Notes: generated from the sequence alone by a model not told the origin. Positions 9,230 through 18,183 are shown, numbered from the stretch's first letter. The stretch: DNA of 32,000 nt from Zymomonas mobilis subsp. mobilis ATCC 10988 (GCF_000175255.2 NC_017262.1:570001-602000); one strand, 5' to 3'. Translations and numbers: made by a program.

Positions 9230-9818
9230 ATTCATCATCGGACACCGCCTCACCAGAATAATCATCACGACTGCAAGACCGCTTATAACCATTCTCTATA
9301 GTGCATAGGTGAAATTGGCCGTTTTCTTTCAAAACAGCCTTGCCGCTATATGCATTATCACAAGATATTTTTTCGCCATCTTCTATCTTGCATAGGTGAT
9401 AATCCCCTCTGTCTTTTACGACAGCTTGCCCCGTATACCATCCTTGGCAGTTTCCCCATCCATTAGACACGTTGCATTTTAAATAATCACCGCCATCCTT
9501 CACAACGGCTTTACCCGTGAACCAACCGCCGCAAGAAAATTTACTACCACCAGAAATACTGCACTCGCTGTAATAGCCCCGATCTCTCACGACGGCTTTA
9601 CCCGTGAACCAACCACCACAAGAAAATTTACTACCGCCAGAAATATTGCACTCGCTGTAATAGCCCCGATCTCTCACAACGGCTTTGCCCGTGAACCAGC
9701 CACCGCAAGAAAATTTACTACCACCAGAAATTTTACATTCACTGTAATAACCTCTGGCGAAACTCACTGAACTGCACAACAACAGCAAGCCTGCCAACCC
9801 TTTAAATCGAAAACGCAT
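9228..9818 (-). CDS. Secreted cysteine-rich tandem-repeat protein, about 196 aa, no family recognised
   Basis: I prefer the internal ATG at 9818, which has AAGGA about 8 nt upstream and gives a clean signal peptide (MRFRFKGLAGLLLLCSSVSFA). The mature part is six units of 28-29 aa, each with C-x8-9-C followed by G-W/Y-x-x-G-K/Q-A-V-V. The listed 234-aa ORF (to 9932) adds a non-signal-like extension. Confidence 0.7.
   Translation of the reverse strand: MRFRFKGLAGLLLLCSSVSFARGYYSECKISGGSKFSCGGWFTGKAVVRDRGYYSECNISGGSKFSCGGWFTGKAVVRDRGYYSECSISGGSKFSCGGWFTGKAVVKDGGDYLKCNVSNGWGNCQGWYTGQAVVKDRGDYHLCKIEDGEKISCDNAYSGKAVLKENGQFHLCTIENGYKRSCSRDDYSGEAVSDDE
9501..9761. repeat. Three head-to-tail 87-bp tandem repeats (in frame, coding)
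   Basis: Units start at 9501, 9588 and 9675. Units 1 and 2 differ at 5 of 87 positions by my count. Unit 3 matches equally well until its last ~25 bp, where it diverges. More degenerate copies continue toward 9240. Confidence 0.95.
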
Positions 9819-9970
9819 TATCCAATCCTTTGTCAGCGATTTAATCAATATCGGACATGCCCCGTCTTTTAACCTCGATACGATAGCAATCGCTAAATAC
9901 AAAAAAGGCAGGAAAAGCCGAGCCATCCCCACCCTTTTGGAACTAAACGAATTAAAAATTTATAAAATTA

Positions 9971-11197
9971 TCACAGCAAGACTTTGCCACCTTTAATAGT
10001 ATGGGTCACTTTCCCTCGCATCATTCGACCATCAAAAGGCGAATTGCCTGCTTTGGCAGCCATCTTGGCACTATCAAGCTGCCATTCCCGATCTATATCG
10101 AAAATAACAATATCAGCTTCGTCACCGACAGACAGACCGCCGCCTTCACAACCCAATAATTGCGCGGCATTAACCGATAACAATTCAACCAATCGGGACA
10201 AATCAATGACACCCTGATGCACCAATTCCAAAGAGGCCGATAACAATGTTTCGGCTCCGGCCATACCGGGCTTGGCATCAATAAAGGGAAGACGCTTATC
10301 CTCGGCATCGCGCGGGTCATGGGCGGAACAGAACATATCAATTACACCGTCGAGCAAGGCTTCAACCGAAGCCAAACGGTCATCTTCACCTCGTAAAGGC
10401 GGTGACAAACGCGCAAAAGTCCGAAAATCTTCGGTATGTCGATCCGATAACAATAGATAAGCCGGATTGATACCTACCGTTACCTTAACGCCTTTTTCTT
10501 TCGCCTGACGGATCAAATCAAAACTTTTTTTCGTGGTCAGTTGGGCAAAATGGATTTTACAATCGGTTTCTTCAGCCAACATCAAATCACGTGCGACAAC
10601 TATTGCTTCGGCAACCGCCGGAGCTGCCCTTAGACCAAGGCGGCTGGCCATCAACCCTTCGGTTGCAACACATCCCTTGGTCAAACCACCATCTTCGGCA
10701 TGACTGATAACCGTCAATCCCAAAGAAGCCGCATAATCAAGCAAGCGATACATCAAACCGGAATCGGCAATCCACTGCCGCCCTGTCGCGACCGCCTTAG
10801 CACCCGCCCTTTGCATCAGGCCGATTTCCGCCAATTCTTGCCCTTGAAGGCCGCGACTACCTGCCGCCAAAGGATAGACCTCAACCGCCTCACCACCGGA
10901 GGCCTTGGCGCGCTGAATCAAAGCGGCCTCATCCAAAGCAGGCGACTGATCGGGCATCAAAGCCACGCGACCAATCCCGCCCTTAATAAAGGCCGGAAGA
11001 TCAACAGAAAACACGGTTGGGTCAATAATCGCCGGAGCAATATAGCCGCCTTCGGCATCAATCACCTTATCGGCTTGGCTGGGGTCAATCTGGCCACGGG
11101 CGGCAATCCGCCCCTCTTTAAGCAGCAAGCCACCTTCGACTATCTTTTGGGAAGCAGGATCAATCAATCTGCCATTGATAATTGCGATGAAACTCAT
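9971..11197 (-). CDS. Dihydroorotase-like protein, probably the non-catalytic PyrC-prime partner of aspartate carbamoyltransferase
   Basis: The protein has amidohydrolase/DHOase-like length and layout and sits directly downstream of pyrB. The ATG at 11197 overlaps the pyrB TGA (ATGA at 11194-11197). Where type I DHOases have D-x-H-x-H-x-R, this protein reads IDPTVFSV. The later H-x-x-H and D-H-A-P-H positions read IHFAQ and SAHDPR. Confidence 0.8.
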   Translation of the reverse strand: MSFIAIINGRLIDPASQKIVEGGLLLKEGRIAARGQIDPSQADKVIDAEGGYIAPAIIDPTVFSVDLPAFIKGGIGRVALMPDQSPALDEAALIQRAKASGGEAVEVYPLAAGSRGLQGQELAEIGLMQRAGAKAVATGRQWIADSGLMYRLLDYAASLGLTVISHAEDGGLTKGCVATEGLMASRLGLRAAPAVAEAIVVARDLMLAEETDCKIHFAQLTTKKSFDLIRQAKEKGVKVTVGINPAYLLLSDRHTEDFRTFARLSPPLRGEDDRLASVEALLDGVIDMFCSAHDPRDAEDKRLPFIDAKPGMAGAETLLSASLELVHQGVIDLSRLVELLSVNAAQLLGCEGGGLSVGDEADIVIFDIDREWQLDSAKMAAKAGNSPFDGRMMRGKVTHTIKGGKVLL

Positions 11198-12153
11198 GCC
11201 CAACCTTTCACACCGCGCCGTTGACGGGTCAGCACATCCAAACAGGCCATCCGCATGGCAACACCCATTTCGACCTGTTCCGTAATAGCCGAATATTTCA
11301 GATCATCCGCCACAGCGGAATCGATTTCAACACCGCGATTTAACGGCCCCGGATGCATAACCAGAACATCATCCGCCGCCAATTTCAGTTTTTCGACCGT
11401 CAAACCGAACAAAGCATGATATTCGCGCAAAGAAGGAATAAACCCGCCCGCCATTCTTTCCGTTTGTAAACGCAACATCATCACGACATCCGCGCCAGAA
11501 ATCGCCTTATCTAAATCATGAAAGACTTCAACGCCCAAGGCTTCGATATGGGGAGGGATCAATGTTGAAGGGCCCACAATGCGAACATGCGCCCCTAATT
11601 TCTGTAAAGCGATAATATCCGAACGGGCAACACGACTATGCATAATATCGCCACAAATAGCGACAACCAGTCCTTCAAACCGCCCCTTTCGGCGGCGAAT
11701 GGTCAAAGCATCTAACAAAGCCTGCGTCGGATGCTCGTGCTGACCGTCACCGGCATTCAAAACCGGACAGTCCACTTTATCGGCAATAAGCTGGACAGCA
11801 CCCGAAGCCTGATGGCGAATAACCAACATATCCGCATGCATGGCATCAAGGGTTACTGCTGTATCAATCAGCGTTTCACCCTTTTTAACACTAGACTGGG
11901 CAACAGCCATATTGACTACATCTGCCCCCAAACGCTTTCCGGCGATCTCGAAAGAGAGCAGCGTTCGGGTTGAATTTTCGAAAAAAGCGTTAATCTGGGT
12001 CAAACCGGCCAGACTGTCATCATGCTTGACAGCCGCCGCCCGATTAAGGGCAACCCAGCGTTCCGCCTCATCGAGCAGAAAAAGGATTTCATGAGCCGCA
12101 AGCGGCGCGATGCCAAGTAAATGGCGATGGGGAAAAGGTAAAGTAAAAGACAT
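11194..12153 (-). CDS. pyrB: Aspartate carbamoyltransferase catalytic subunit
   Basis: The carbamoyl-phosphate motif [13 protein letters not shown], and the [10 protein letters not shown]/aspartate-binding region are all present. I prefer the ATG at 12153; a TTG one codon upstream (12156) is the listed ORF start. Confidence 0.95.
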   Translation of the reverse strand: MSFTLPFPHRHLLGIAPLAAHEILFLLDEAERWVALNRAAAVKHDDSLAGLTQINAFFENSTRTLLSFEIAGKRLGADVVNMAVAQSSVKKGETLIDTAVTLDAMHADMLVIRHQASGAVQLIADKVDCPVLNAGDGQHEHPTQALLDALTIRRRKGRFEGLVVAICGDIMHSRVARSDIIALQKLGAHVRIVGPSTLIPPHIEALGVEVFHDLDKAISGADVVMMLRLQTERMAGGFIPSLREYHALFGLTVEKLKLAADDVLVMHPGPLNRGVEIDSAVADDLKYSAITEQVEMGVAMRMACLDVLTRQRRGVKGWA

Positions 12154-12285
12154 CAAAATAGAGGCTTACCTTCTCTTTTCGCGACATTCAATATCAGAAA
12201 AGGCTCGAAAAGCAGAAAAAACAAAAACCGGCTTTTGCGCCATAAATTAAGAATAAAAGTCTTTTCTTAGTCACCAGACAAGTCT

Positions 12286-13064
12286 CTAGGTTTTGTTGAC
12301 AAAGGAAGGTAACCACAATTTTACGGCCGCGAGATGAAGGAAGGCGAGAAAAGATTTTCTGGTTTTGTCATAGCGTGTGGCAATGCGCCTGAACTGCTTT
12401 AGCTTATTAAACATCCGCTCAATACGATTACGATCTTTGTAGTGCTGGAGATTATAAGGAATAGGCTTTTTTCGATTGGAACGAGGCGGGATAACAGGAA
12501 GAATGCCTCGAAAAAGCAGTTTTTCGCGTAACCTATCGCTATCATATCCTTTATCAGCGAGAAAACAGTGGGGTGTTGTGACAGGGATATCTATCAAGCT
12601 ATCAGCGCCAGAATAATCAGAGACCTCACCACCGGTTAGTGCGAAAGCTAGAGGGCGGCCTTGACCATCGGAACGGGCGTGGATCTTGCTCGTAAAGCCT
12701 CCGCGACTGCGACCAAAGCCTTCCTTATACGTCCCCCTTTTGCGCCAGCCGCTTGGCTGTGGGCGCGAATAATCGTACTATCTATCATATGTTGCCAGTC
12801 ATCTGTCAGGCCAAGGTCAACGAGAGTTTCAAGAAGAGCGTCCCACACACCCTGTTCTGCCCACCTACGAAACCGAACATAGACCGAATTCCATTTCCCA
12901 TAACGTTCATGCATATCTCGCCACGGGCAGCCTGTTCGAAGCACATAAAGCATACCATTGAGAAATAACCGATTACTTTTGGCGGGACGCGCGCAGCGGC
13001 CTCGTTCGCTTGGAAGAAGACCCTGTATTATCTCCCACTCCGCGTCCGTCAGATCTCCTCGCAT
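12286..13064 (-). CDS. IS5/IS427-group transposase in two overlapping frames (orfA 13064-12648; orfB frame open from ~12769 down to 12286), joined by a -1 shift
   Basis: OrfA (MRGDLTDAEWEIIQGLLP…CPWRDM…) is the DUF4096-type N-terminal domain. Reading the -1 frame from the CAAAAGGGGGA run gives …GFGRSRGGFTSKIHARSDGQGRPLAFALTGGEVSDYSGADSLIDIPV…LADKGYDSD…NRIERMFNKLKQFRRIATRYDK, the contiguous DDE catalytic domain. Confidence 0.85.
12732..12744 (-). other. Candidate -1 frameshift site (minus-strand GCAAAAGGGGGAC) inside the transposase
   Basis: This is a homopolymeric A4-G5 run in the short window where both frames are open. The orfB frame has a TAG 13 codons upstream of the run, and orfA continues about 30 codons past it. 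Confidence 0.45.
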
Positions 13065-13209
13065 CCTATCTACCCTACAAAACTTGTTCTCAAGTTATCT
13101 CTAAAAATCTTAAATTATACCCTTTGTCAACAGAACCTAGCTTTAATAGATTATCGATATTTTTTAATGAAAATATTAAAGCAAGAATTCAGGATAAAAT
13201 TACAAAATA

Positions 13210-13548
13210 CTAAGGGTTAATACTACCTGTAAAAGCAGGATACATAGTAGGAGAAAGATAATTATTTTGTGATGGGACAGATTGCTGCTCAAATCCAGCT
13301 TTAGATCTGGCAACAGAAGATAACCATCTCCTATAGTAAATTTGATATTCGCTATCATTCATTGCAGATCTATAATTGATATTTCGGCCCTTTTTATCTG
13401 AGCATTCAATGACATCTTCTTTATATATTTTATATTTTTTACAGAGTTTATCTCCACTCCAATAATATTTCCCATTAATTTTATTTGGCAAATTGGAGCT
13501 CGCACAGGCGCTTAGAGAAAATAATAAAATAGCTAATGTCTTTTTCAT
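13210..13548 (-). CDS. Small hypothetical lipoprotein, 112 aa
   Basis: The N-terminus MKKTLAILLFSLSAC is a classic lipoprotein signal with a lipobox. The gene is very AT-rich and I cannot see a Shine-Dalgarno, so confidence is moderate. Confidence 0.5.
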   Translation of the reverse strand: MKKTLAILLFSLSACASSNLPNKINGKYYWSGDKLCKKYKIYKEDVIECSDKKGRNINYRSAMNDSEYQIYYRRWLSSVARSKAGFEQQSVPSQNNYLSPTMYPAFTGSINP

Positions 13549-13758
13549 AATATTCTATTAAATATTATATTCAAATAATTTGCAATTATTTTCATTCTAA
13601 ATTGATAGAATTACATTCCGTTTATTAACATGCTTTAAGTATACGACTATGTCTAAAATTATAATATTTCACGAATGTGATATTAATTTTAAAAGATAGA
13701 GATAAATCCTAGTCCATCTGTCATTGCCCGCAACCACAGGCATAACAAGATATTCTGA

Positions 13759-13795
13759 CCGGAAGCATGGGTAAAAAATATACCCATGGCTCCGG
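13759..13795 (-). terminator. Imperfect hairpin downstream of TonB-dependent receptor 2 (possible terminator)
   Basis: An 8-bp core stem CATGGGTA / TACCCATG (7-nt loop) is extended imperfectly by CCGGAAG / GCTCCGG. It lies 19 nt after the stop at 13814. There is no clean U-tract, so this is weak. Confidence 0.3.
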
Positions 13796-13813
13796 CCAAA
13801 AATATTTTCAATT

Positions 13814-16339
13814 TTAGAAACCGGTACTGAGTGTCATCATAGCCGAGAAAGGCGATGCAATACCGTAAGTCGGGGCTGACCCTTTGACCATTTGCCCATT
13901 CAAAGCTTTGACGTACTGAGCATTGGTCGTCACACCCGAAGCATAGTTGAGATAATGCTTGTTGGTAATGTTGGCGAGGTTGAAACGAATAGTCGGGCTC
14001 TTCAAACCGCCCCAACTGTTGAAGCGATATCCACCACCGATATTCATACGAACATAGGAAGGCACCTGTTCGTCATTCATAAAGGTCGAATATTGCGACC
14101 CTACATATTTCAAGCTGAAGTTACCGAAGATATGACCGTTGTCATAATCGAGGCCAAAACCAACCTGATAGCGCGGCGTTTGTGGTGCAAATTTGCCTTT
14201 TGTTGGCAAAAGAGCAGAAACACCGGATCCAGACGCCATCAAATTACTTTTCGTGCGGGCATCAATATATTCCGCAGAAACATAAGGCCGAATATTATAG
14301 ATAGGACGGGTACCGATTTCAAAATCGACACCATTCGTCGTCTGGTTACCGCCGTTGATACTGGTTGAATAGTAAGAAGTCGGATTCTCTGGATCAATGA
14401 TCGTTTGAGAAAACAGACGGTTATGAAAGTCGTAATGGAAATAGGTCAAAGAGGTATTGATTACCTTACCTTGATAGCGCCATCCGAATTCTTCTGAAAT
14501 CGTCGTTTCCGGTTTCAACCCCGTCGCGGCATGGTTGCTATAGCCACTACCGGCATAATAGGTGCCGGAGTCATAAAGAGAGCTATTCATCGGAACACGG
14601 TAATTGGTCGAGACCGAGAAGAATAACTGATGCTCGTCATTGATTTTATAGCGAATAGAACCGGTCGGTAAGACGGCGCGATAAGTTTGGTTAATAACTT
14701 CACCCGTAGAGGTGTCGGGAAGATAATTCCGTCCCATTCTTTTAATGATGGAGTATTTTACACCCGCATCAATAGTCAATTTATTATTCAGGAGCGAGAT
14801 ACTGTCACCAATGAAAGGCGTATGAATGACCGTGCGGGTTCTTGTATCCCGATATTCAGCCTTTTCGCCATTCGCCAAAATCACATTTGAACCACCACCC
14901 CATTTATCATAGGGATTTCCGTTTTCATCAATCAATGAATAAGGCGCGGTTTGGCGCTGGTTTGAATATTCAAACCAATAACCCACCATCAAACGGTTGA
15001 TACCTTTTGTCCATGTCCATTTGGTGACCGCACCCGGACGATAGGTCTTGGTGATAGACGGTTCATAGAGCAAAGTCTGCCCGTAATTTTTTCCATCAAC
15101 CGTGCCGCTCATGGTTTGGGAACCATAGGACATCTTATTCATATCAGTCCAATAGGCACCACCGCCATTACCGTTACCATACCAGAAATAAGGCGTTTCA
15201 GTCAGCACCATATTATGTCCAAGATTAAGACGCGTAGGGGCGCTAATATAAATATTGGTAAACGGATTGGGATGTAACCTGTAATAGGTCGCGTTGGCTT
15301 TGGTATTTCCAGTATAATCCGAACTATAAACGGTATTAGCTGTCCCCGAAACAGGACCACCCATCACGCCAATGCCATATTTATCCCAAGAAGCCATATT
15401 AACACTGGGGGTATTATAGTTATTGAGGTTATTTCCGACGACAACCAGCGATGCTCGGTTATCTTTACCCCATTCCTTGACGACTTTCATTTCACCGTGA
15501 AGTTTTCTTTCAGTGCCGGGGCCACGCCATAAATTTTCATGCGTATCCGAGAAAGAGAAATAAGCACGGGTACCGGAATTGCCGATTTCACCGGTATCAA
15601 AACGGGCAAATCCACGGAAAGTCTTATAGGAACCATACGTAAAATTGGCTCGTCCGCCCATTTTTTTAGCCGGATCGATCATATACATATTAACGACACC
15701 GCCCGCGGCACTAATCGTCGGGCTATCGAGATCGGCAGAACCTTGAGCCACCTGAATGGTTGACAAGTTTTCTGAATCAACAATTTCCTGCGGATAAACA
15801 GCGTAGTTACCGATATCGTTTAACGGAAAGCCTTCCAATGTATAGCCCATTGAGGCTTCGTTCATACCACGAACCGAGGTATGCCCTCCCGTCAAACCCA
15901 TTGGGTCAGAATCTGAAGAGTTGACACCCGGCAAAAGGGCAATCAACTGCATCGGGTTCAAACCAGGTGTCTGCTTCTCAATATAATCGCGGGTAATACT
16001 AGATTTCGATTTAGGGGCATCTTCCTTAATCATCAGACCGCCGCCGATAGCGCGTCTATTGACACCATCAATATAAGAATGACGCCCCGTAACAACGATA
16101 CTTTTTTCATCTGTTGGGGCAGTCTGACCAATCATACTGGGACGGTCATTTTTATTTTCTTGAATATCGCTTTTATCTATCTTTTTTTCGCTATATTGTT
16201 CTTTTTCTAAAGCATTATTTGCCAATGCCGCAGAATACCACAATGAAGGACATAGTGAAGAACATAGAAAAAATATTTTTAACTTGTGTTTTTTAATAGA
16301 AAAATGTCTTTTGCTTTTTACGGAAGTGGTTTTCATCAT
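13814..16339 (-). CDS. TonB-dependent outer-membrane receptor, 841 aa (substrate unknown)
   Basis: A signal peptide is followed by a TonB-box-like KSIVVTG and a plug domain (LLPGVNSSDSDPMGLTGGHTSVRGM). The barrel is long and the C-terminus ends in …LSTGF. A GGGGGG Shine-Dalgarno lies upstream of the ATGATG start. Confidence 0.9.
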   Translation of the reverse strand: MMKTTSVKSKRHFSIKKHKLKIFFLCSSLCPSLWYSAALANNALEKEQYSEKKIDKSDIQENKNDRPSMIGQTAPTDEKSIVVTGRHSYIDGVNRRAIGGGLMIKEDAPKSKSSITRDYIEKQTPGLNPMQLIALLPGVNSSDSDPMGLTGGHTSVRGMNEASMGYTLEGFPLNDIGNYAVYPQEIVDSENLSTIQVAQGSADLDSPTISAAGGVVNMYMIDPAKKMGGRANFTYGSYKTFRGFARFDTGEIGNSGTRAYFSFSDTHENLWRGPGTERKLHGEMKVVKEWGKDNRASLVVVGNNLNNYNTPSVNMASWDKYGIGVMGGPVSGTANTVYSSDYTGNTKANATYYRLHPNPFTNIYISAPTRLNLGHNMVLTETPYFWYGNGNGGGAYWTDMNKMSYGSQTMSGTVDGKNYGQTLLYEPSITKTYRPGAVTKWTWTKGINRLMVGYWFEYSNQRQTAPYSLIDENGNPYDKWGGGSNVILANGEKAEYRDTRTRTVIHTPFIGDSISLLNNKLTIDAGVKYSIIKRMGRNYLPDTSTGEVINQTYRAVLPTGSIRYKINDEHQLFFSVSTNYRVPMNSSLYDSGTYYAGSGYSNHAATGLKPETTISEEFGWRYQGKVINTSLTYFHYDFHNRLFSQTIIDPENPTSYYSTSINGGNQTTNGVDFEIGTRPIYNIRPYVSAEYIDARTKSNLMASGSGVSALLPTKGKFAPQTPRYQVGFGLDYDNGHIFGNFSLKYVGSQYSTFMNDEQVPSYVRMNIGGGYRFNSWGGLKSPTIRFNLANITNKHYLNYASGVTTNAQYVKALNGQMVKGSAPTYGIASPFSAMMTLSTGF

Positions 16340-16599
16340 TTACCCCCCTACTTATAGAGGGTGTATAGATTTTAATTGTTACGCTATTATTGCAGTAATT
16401 TTTACGTTTAGTGACACAGCCATTAATGAGAACGGCAATTTATTAATACATCGCGACTCAAAACATTCACCATTTAATAAAATTAAACCTCAAATATAGA
16501 AATAAATTATTATTAATTATAATAAAAATATATAAGTAAAATTAATATTTTTCCTTTTCTAAAAAATAGAAAAATCATCCCATTTTATTCAAAAATACA

Positions 16600-16632
16600 G
16601 AAAAAAAGGCGCAAGATTTTACACTGCGCCTT
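16600..16632 (-). terminator. Rho-independent terminator after the cytochrome c subunit gene
   Basis: On the minus strand, AAGGCGCA / TGCGCCTT forms an 8-bp stem with an 11-nt loop, followed by a T7 run (plus-strand A7 at 16601-16607). Confidence 0.7.
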
Positions 16633-16656
16633 AGATAACCAATTTATATTTAATTT

Positions 16657-18174
16657 TTAGTGAGAAGGCCGTTTCTTAAACAGGCTTTTCAAACGGAAAA
16701 AACCGATAATCATCACCACAATAAAAACGAAACCAGCACCGGATAACAGCCAAGGCATCATTCTCATCAACAAAGCAGGCGTGCTTTTATTGGCTCTAAA
16801 ATCTGCGACTTGTTGGATAGAAACCGGTGGAATAGCCTTATTACCGAAACGGGAAATGACATAATTAGCAATAGCCGCAATCTGACTATCGTTTAATTCA
16901 TCAGCATAAGAAGGCATCCCTGCGATACCGTCGTTACTTTTACGTTCAATACCGTTAAGAATAGTCATAACCAGATTATCGGCAACAAGACCACCTGTCG
17001 CACTATTATGCGTCAGTGACGGATAAAAATGGTCAGCCGTCCCTTCCCCATTGCGACCGTGACAACTGGCGCAGGCATTTTCGTAAAGCAACTGCCCATC
17101 GACCGAACCGGCATCACTCATAGCCATCGCCGTGCGGCTGGTAACCGGTTCAACATCGACTAAATGGGCAGGCGTTTTATTTTCAAAACTGAAACGAGAT
17201 TGCTTTGCTCCCGTCAAATTCTGGGGAGCCACTGTTTTCAGATAAGCCGCCATCGCACGGAGATCGGCATCCGATAAAAAGCGCAAACTATATTCAATCG
17301 CTTCCGCCATACTACCGGCGGCCTGCGCCTTACCGTTAACATGCCCAGTTTTCAGATAGCGGGCAATTTCTTCCTCGCTCCAACTCCCGATACCTTCGGT
17401 TTCATCCGGTGTAATATTGGGCGCATACCAGCCACCAACAGAAGTTCCGGTCAAATAACGCCGCCGAGATTCTGCCATGAAGAAATTTCGCGGTGAATGA
17501 CAAGTGCTACAATGGGCTAGCGTATCGACCAGATAATGCCCGCGATTGATTTCATCGCTGACCTTGGGATTATTTTTGAAAGGCTTGTCATGCAGGAACA
17601 GTAAATTCCATCCCGACATCAACAGACGCAGATTAAATGGGAATGAAAGTTTTGTAACGGCTTGGGGTTTTTCATCTACCGGAGCCACGCCCTGCATAAA
17701 ATAGACATAAAGGGCATGAACATCCTGATCGCTCAATCCGGCATAAGCTGTGTAAGGCATAGCCGGATAAAGATAGGCACCATCTTTTCGGATACCTTTT
17801 CTCAAAGCGCGACTAAAATCCTGTTCGCTATAATTACCAATACCGGCCGTTTTTGAAGGGCTGATATTAGGCGAGATAATACTACCCATCGGGGACGCAA
17901 TTGCATAGCCACCAGCATAAGGCGGCGCATTGTTGGCATTACCCCGATGGCAGGCAATACAATCCCCCGCTTTAGCGAGATAAGCCCCCCGTTCCAGATC
18001 AGAAGAAAAGCCATTGGTCGCCGAAGAAGCGGCAACATTTTTCTGAACAACCACCGGCGGGCTAACAGGCATACTAGTCTGACTCTTTTCAGCCCATGCC
18101 ATAGCTGGAAGCGATACACAAAAAGCCAGTCCTGCCACGGATGCCAGACGATGGAAAAAAGGTCTCATCATCAT
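16657..18174 (-). CDS. Triheme cytochrome c subunit of a membrane-bound flavoprotein dehydrogenase, 505 aa
   Basis: A signal peptide and three CxxCH motifs (CIACH, CSTCH, CASCH) are present. A C-terminal hydrophobic helix (WLLSGAGFVFIVVMIIGFF) is followed by basic residues. The gene follows the FAD subunit gene after a 9-nt gap. Confidence 0.9.
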   Translation of the reverse strand: MMMRPFFHRLASVAGLAFCVSLPAMAWAEKSQTSMPVSPPVVVQKNVAASSATNGFSSDLERGAYLAKAGDCIACHRGNANNAPPYAGGYAIASPMGSIISPNISPSKTAGIGNYSEQDFSRALRKGIRKDGAYLYPAMPYTAYAGLSDQDVHALYVYFMQGVAPVDEKPQAVTKLSFPFNLRLLMSGWNLLFLHDKPFKNNPKVSDEINRGHYLVDTLAHCSTCHSPRNFFMAESRRRYLTGTSVGGWYAPNITPDETEGIGSWSEEEIARYLKTGHVNGKAQAAGSMAEAIEYSLRFLSDADLRAMAAYLKTVAPQNLTGAKQSRFSFENKTPAHLVDVEPVTSRTAMAMSDAGSVDGQLLYENACASCHGRNGEGTADHFYPSLTHNSATGGLVADNLVMTILNGIERKSNDGIAGMPSYADELNDSQIAAIANYVISRFGNKAIPPVSIQQVADFRANKSTPALLMRMMPWLLSGAGFVFIVVMIIGFFRLKSLFKKRPSH

Positions 18175-18183
18175 ATGCCTTTC

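Larger units (their letters stand above)
12286..13140 (-). mobile_element. IS5-family insertion sequence (IS427-group-like), about 850 bp
   Basis: Terminal inverted repeats CTAGGTTTTGTTGACAAAGG (12286-12305) and the reverse complement of CCTTTGTCAACAGAACCTAG (13121-13140) match at 19 of 20 positions. They enclose a two-frame DDE transposase. The outer CTA and TAG are compatible with a TA duplication inside a CTAG target, which would make the element proper 12289-13137. Confidence 0.85.

Noticed and set aside
9240-9761. Regular repeats that might be taken for a CRISPR array
   Set aside because: The repeats are contiguous with no unique spacers. They are 87 bp long, in frame and translate to a coherent repeat protein, and no cas genes are nearby.
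9819-9932. 5' extension of the repeat-protein ORF (listed 234-aa version starting at 9932)
   Set aside because: The extension (MGMARLFLPFLYLAIAIVSRLKDGACPILIKSLTKDWI) would bury the obvious signal peptide. The internal ATG at 9818 has an AAGGA RBS and yields a canonical secreted protein.
10700-11224. Long antisense ORFs overlapping confident genes: 10700-11224 (+, 174 aa), 26121-26627 (+, 168 aa), 13892-14368 (+, 158 aa), 28601-29059 (+, 152 aa), 7876-8319 (-, 147 aa), 3934-4308 (-, 124 aa)
   Set aside because: Each lies entirely inside, and antisense to or out of frame with, a gene that has strong family signatures. Their translations are low-complexity and Arg/Ser/Pro-rich with no recognisable motifs, as expected for shadow ORFs.
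13689-14015. 108-aa minus-strand ORF spanning the end of TonB-dependent receptor 2 and the spacer
   Set aside because: It overlaps the receptor's C-terminal barrel strands in another frame and has no motif or RBS. The receptor frame ends with the canonical terminal Phe.
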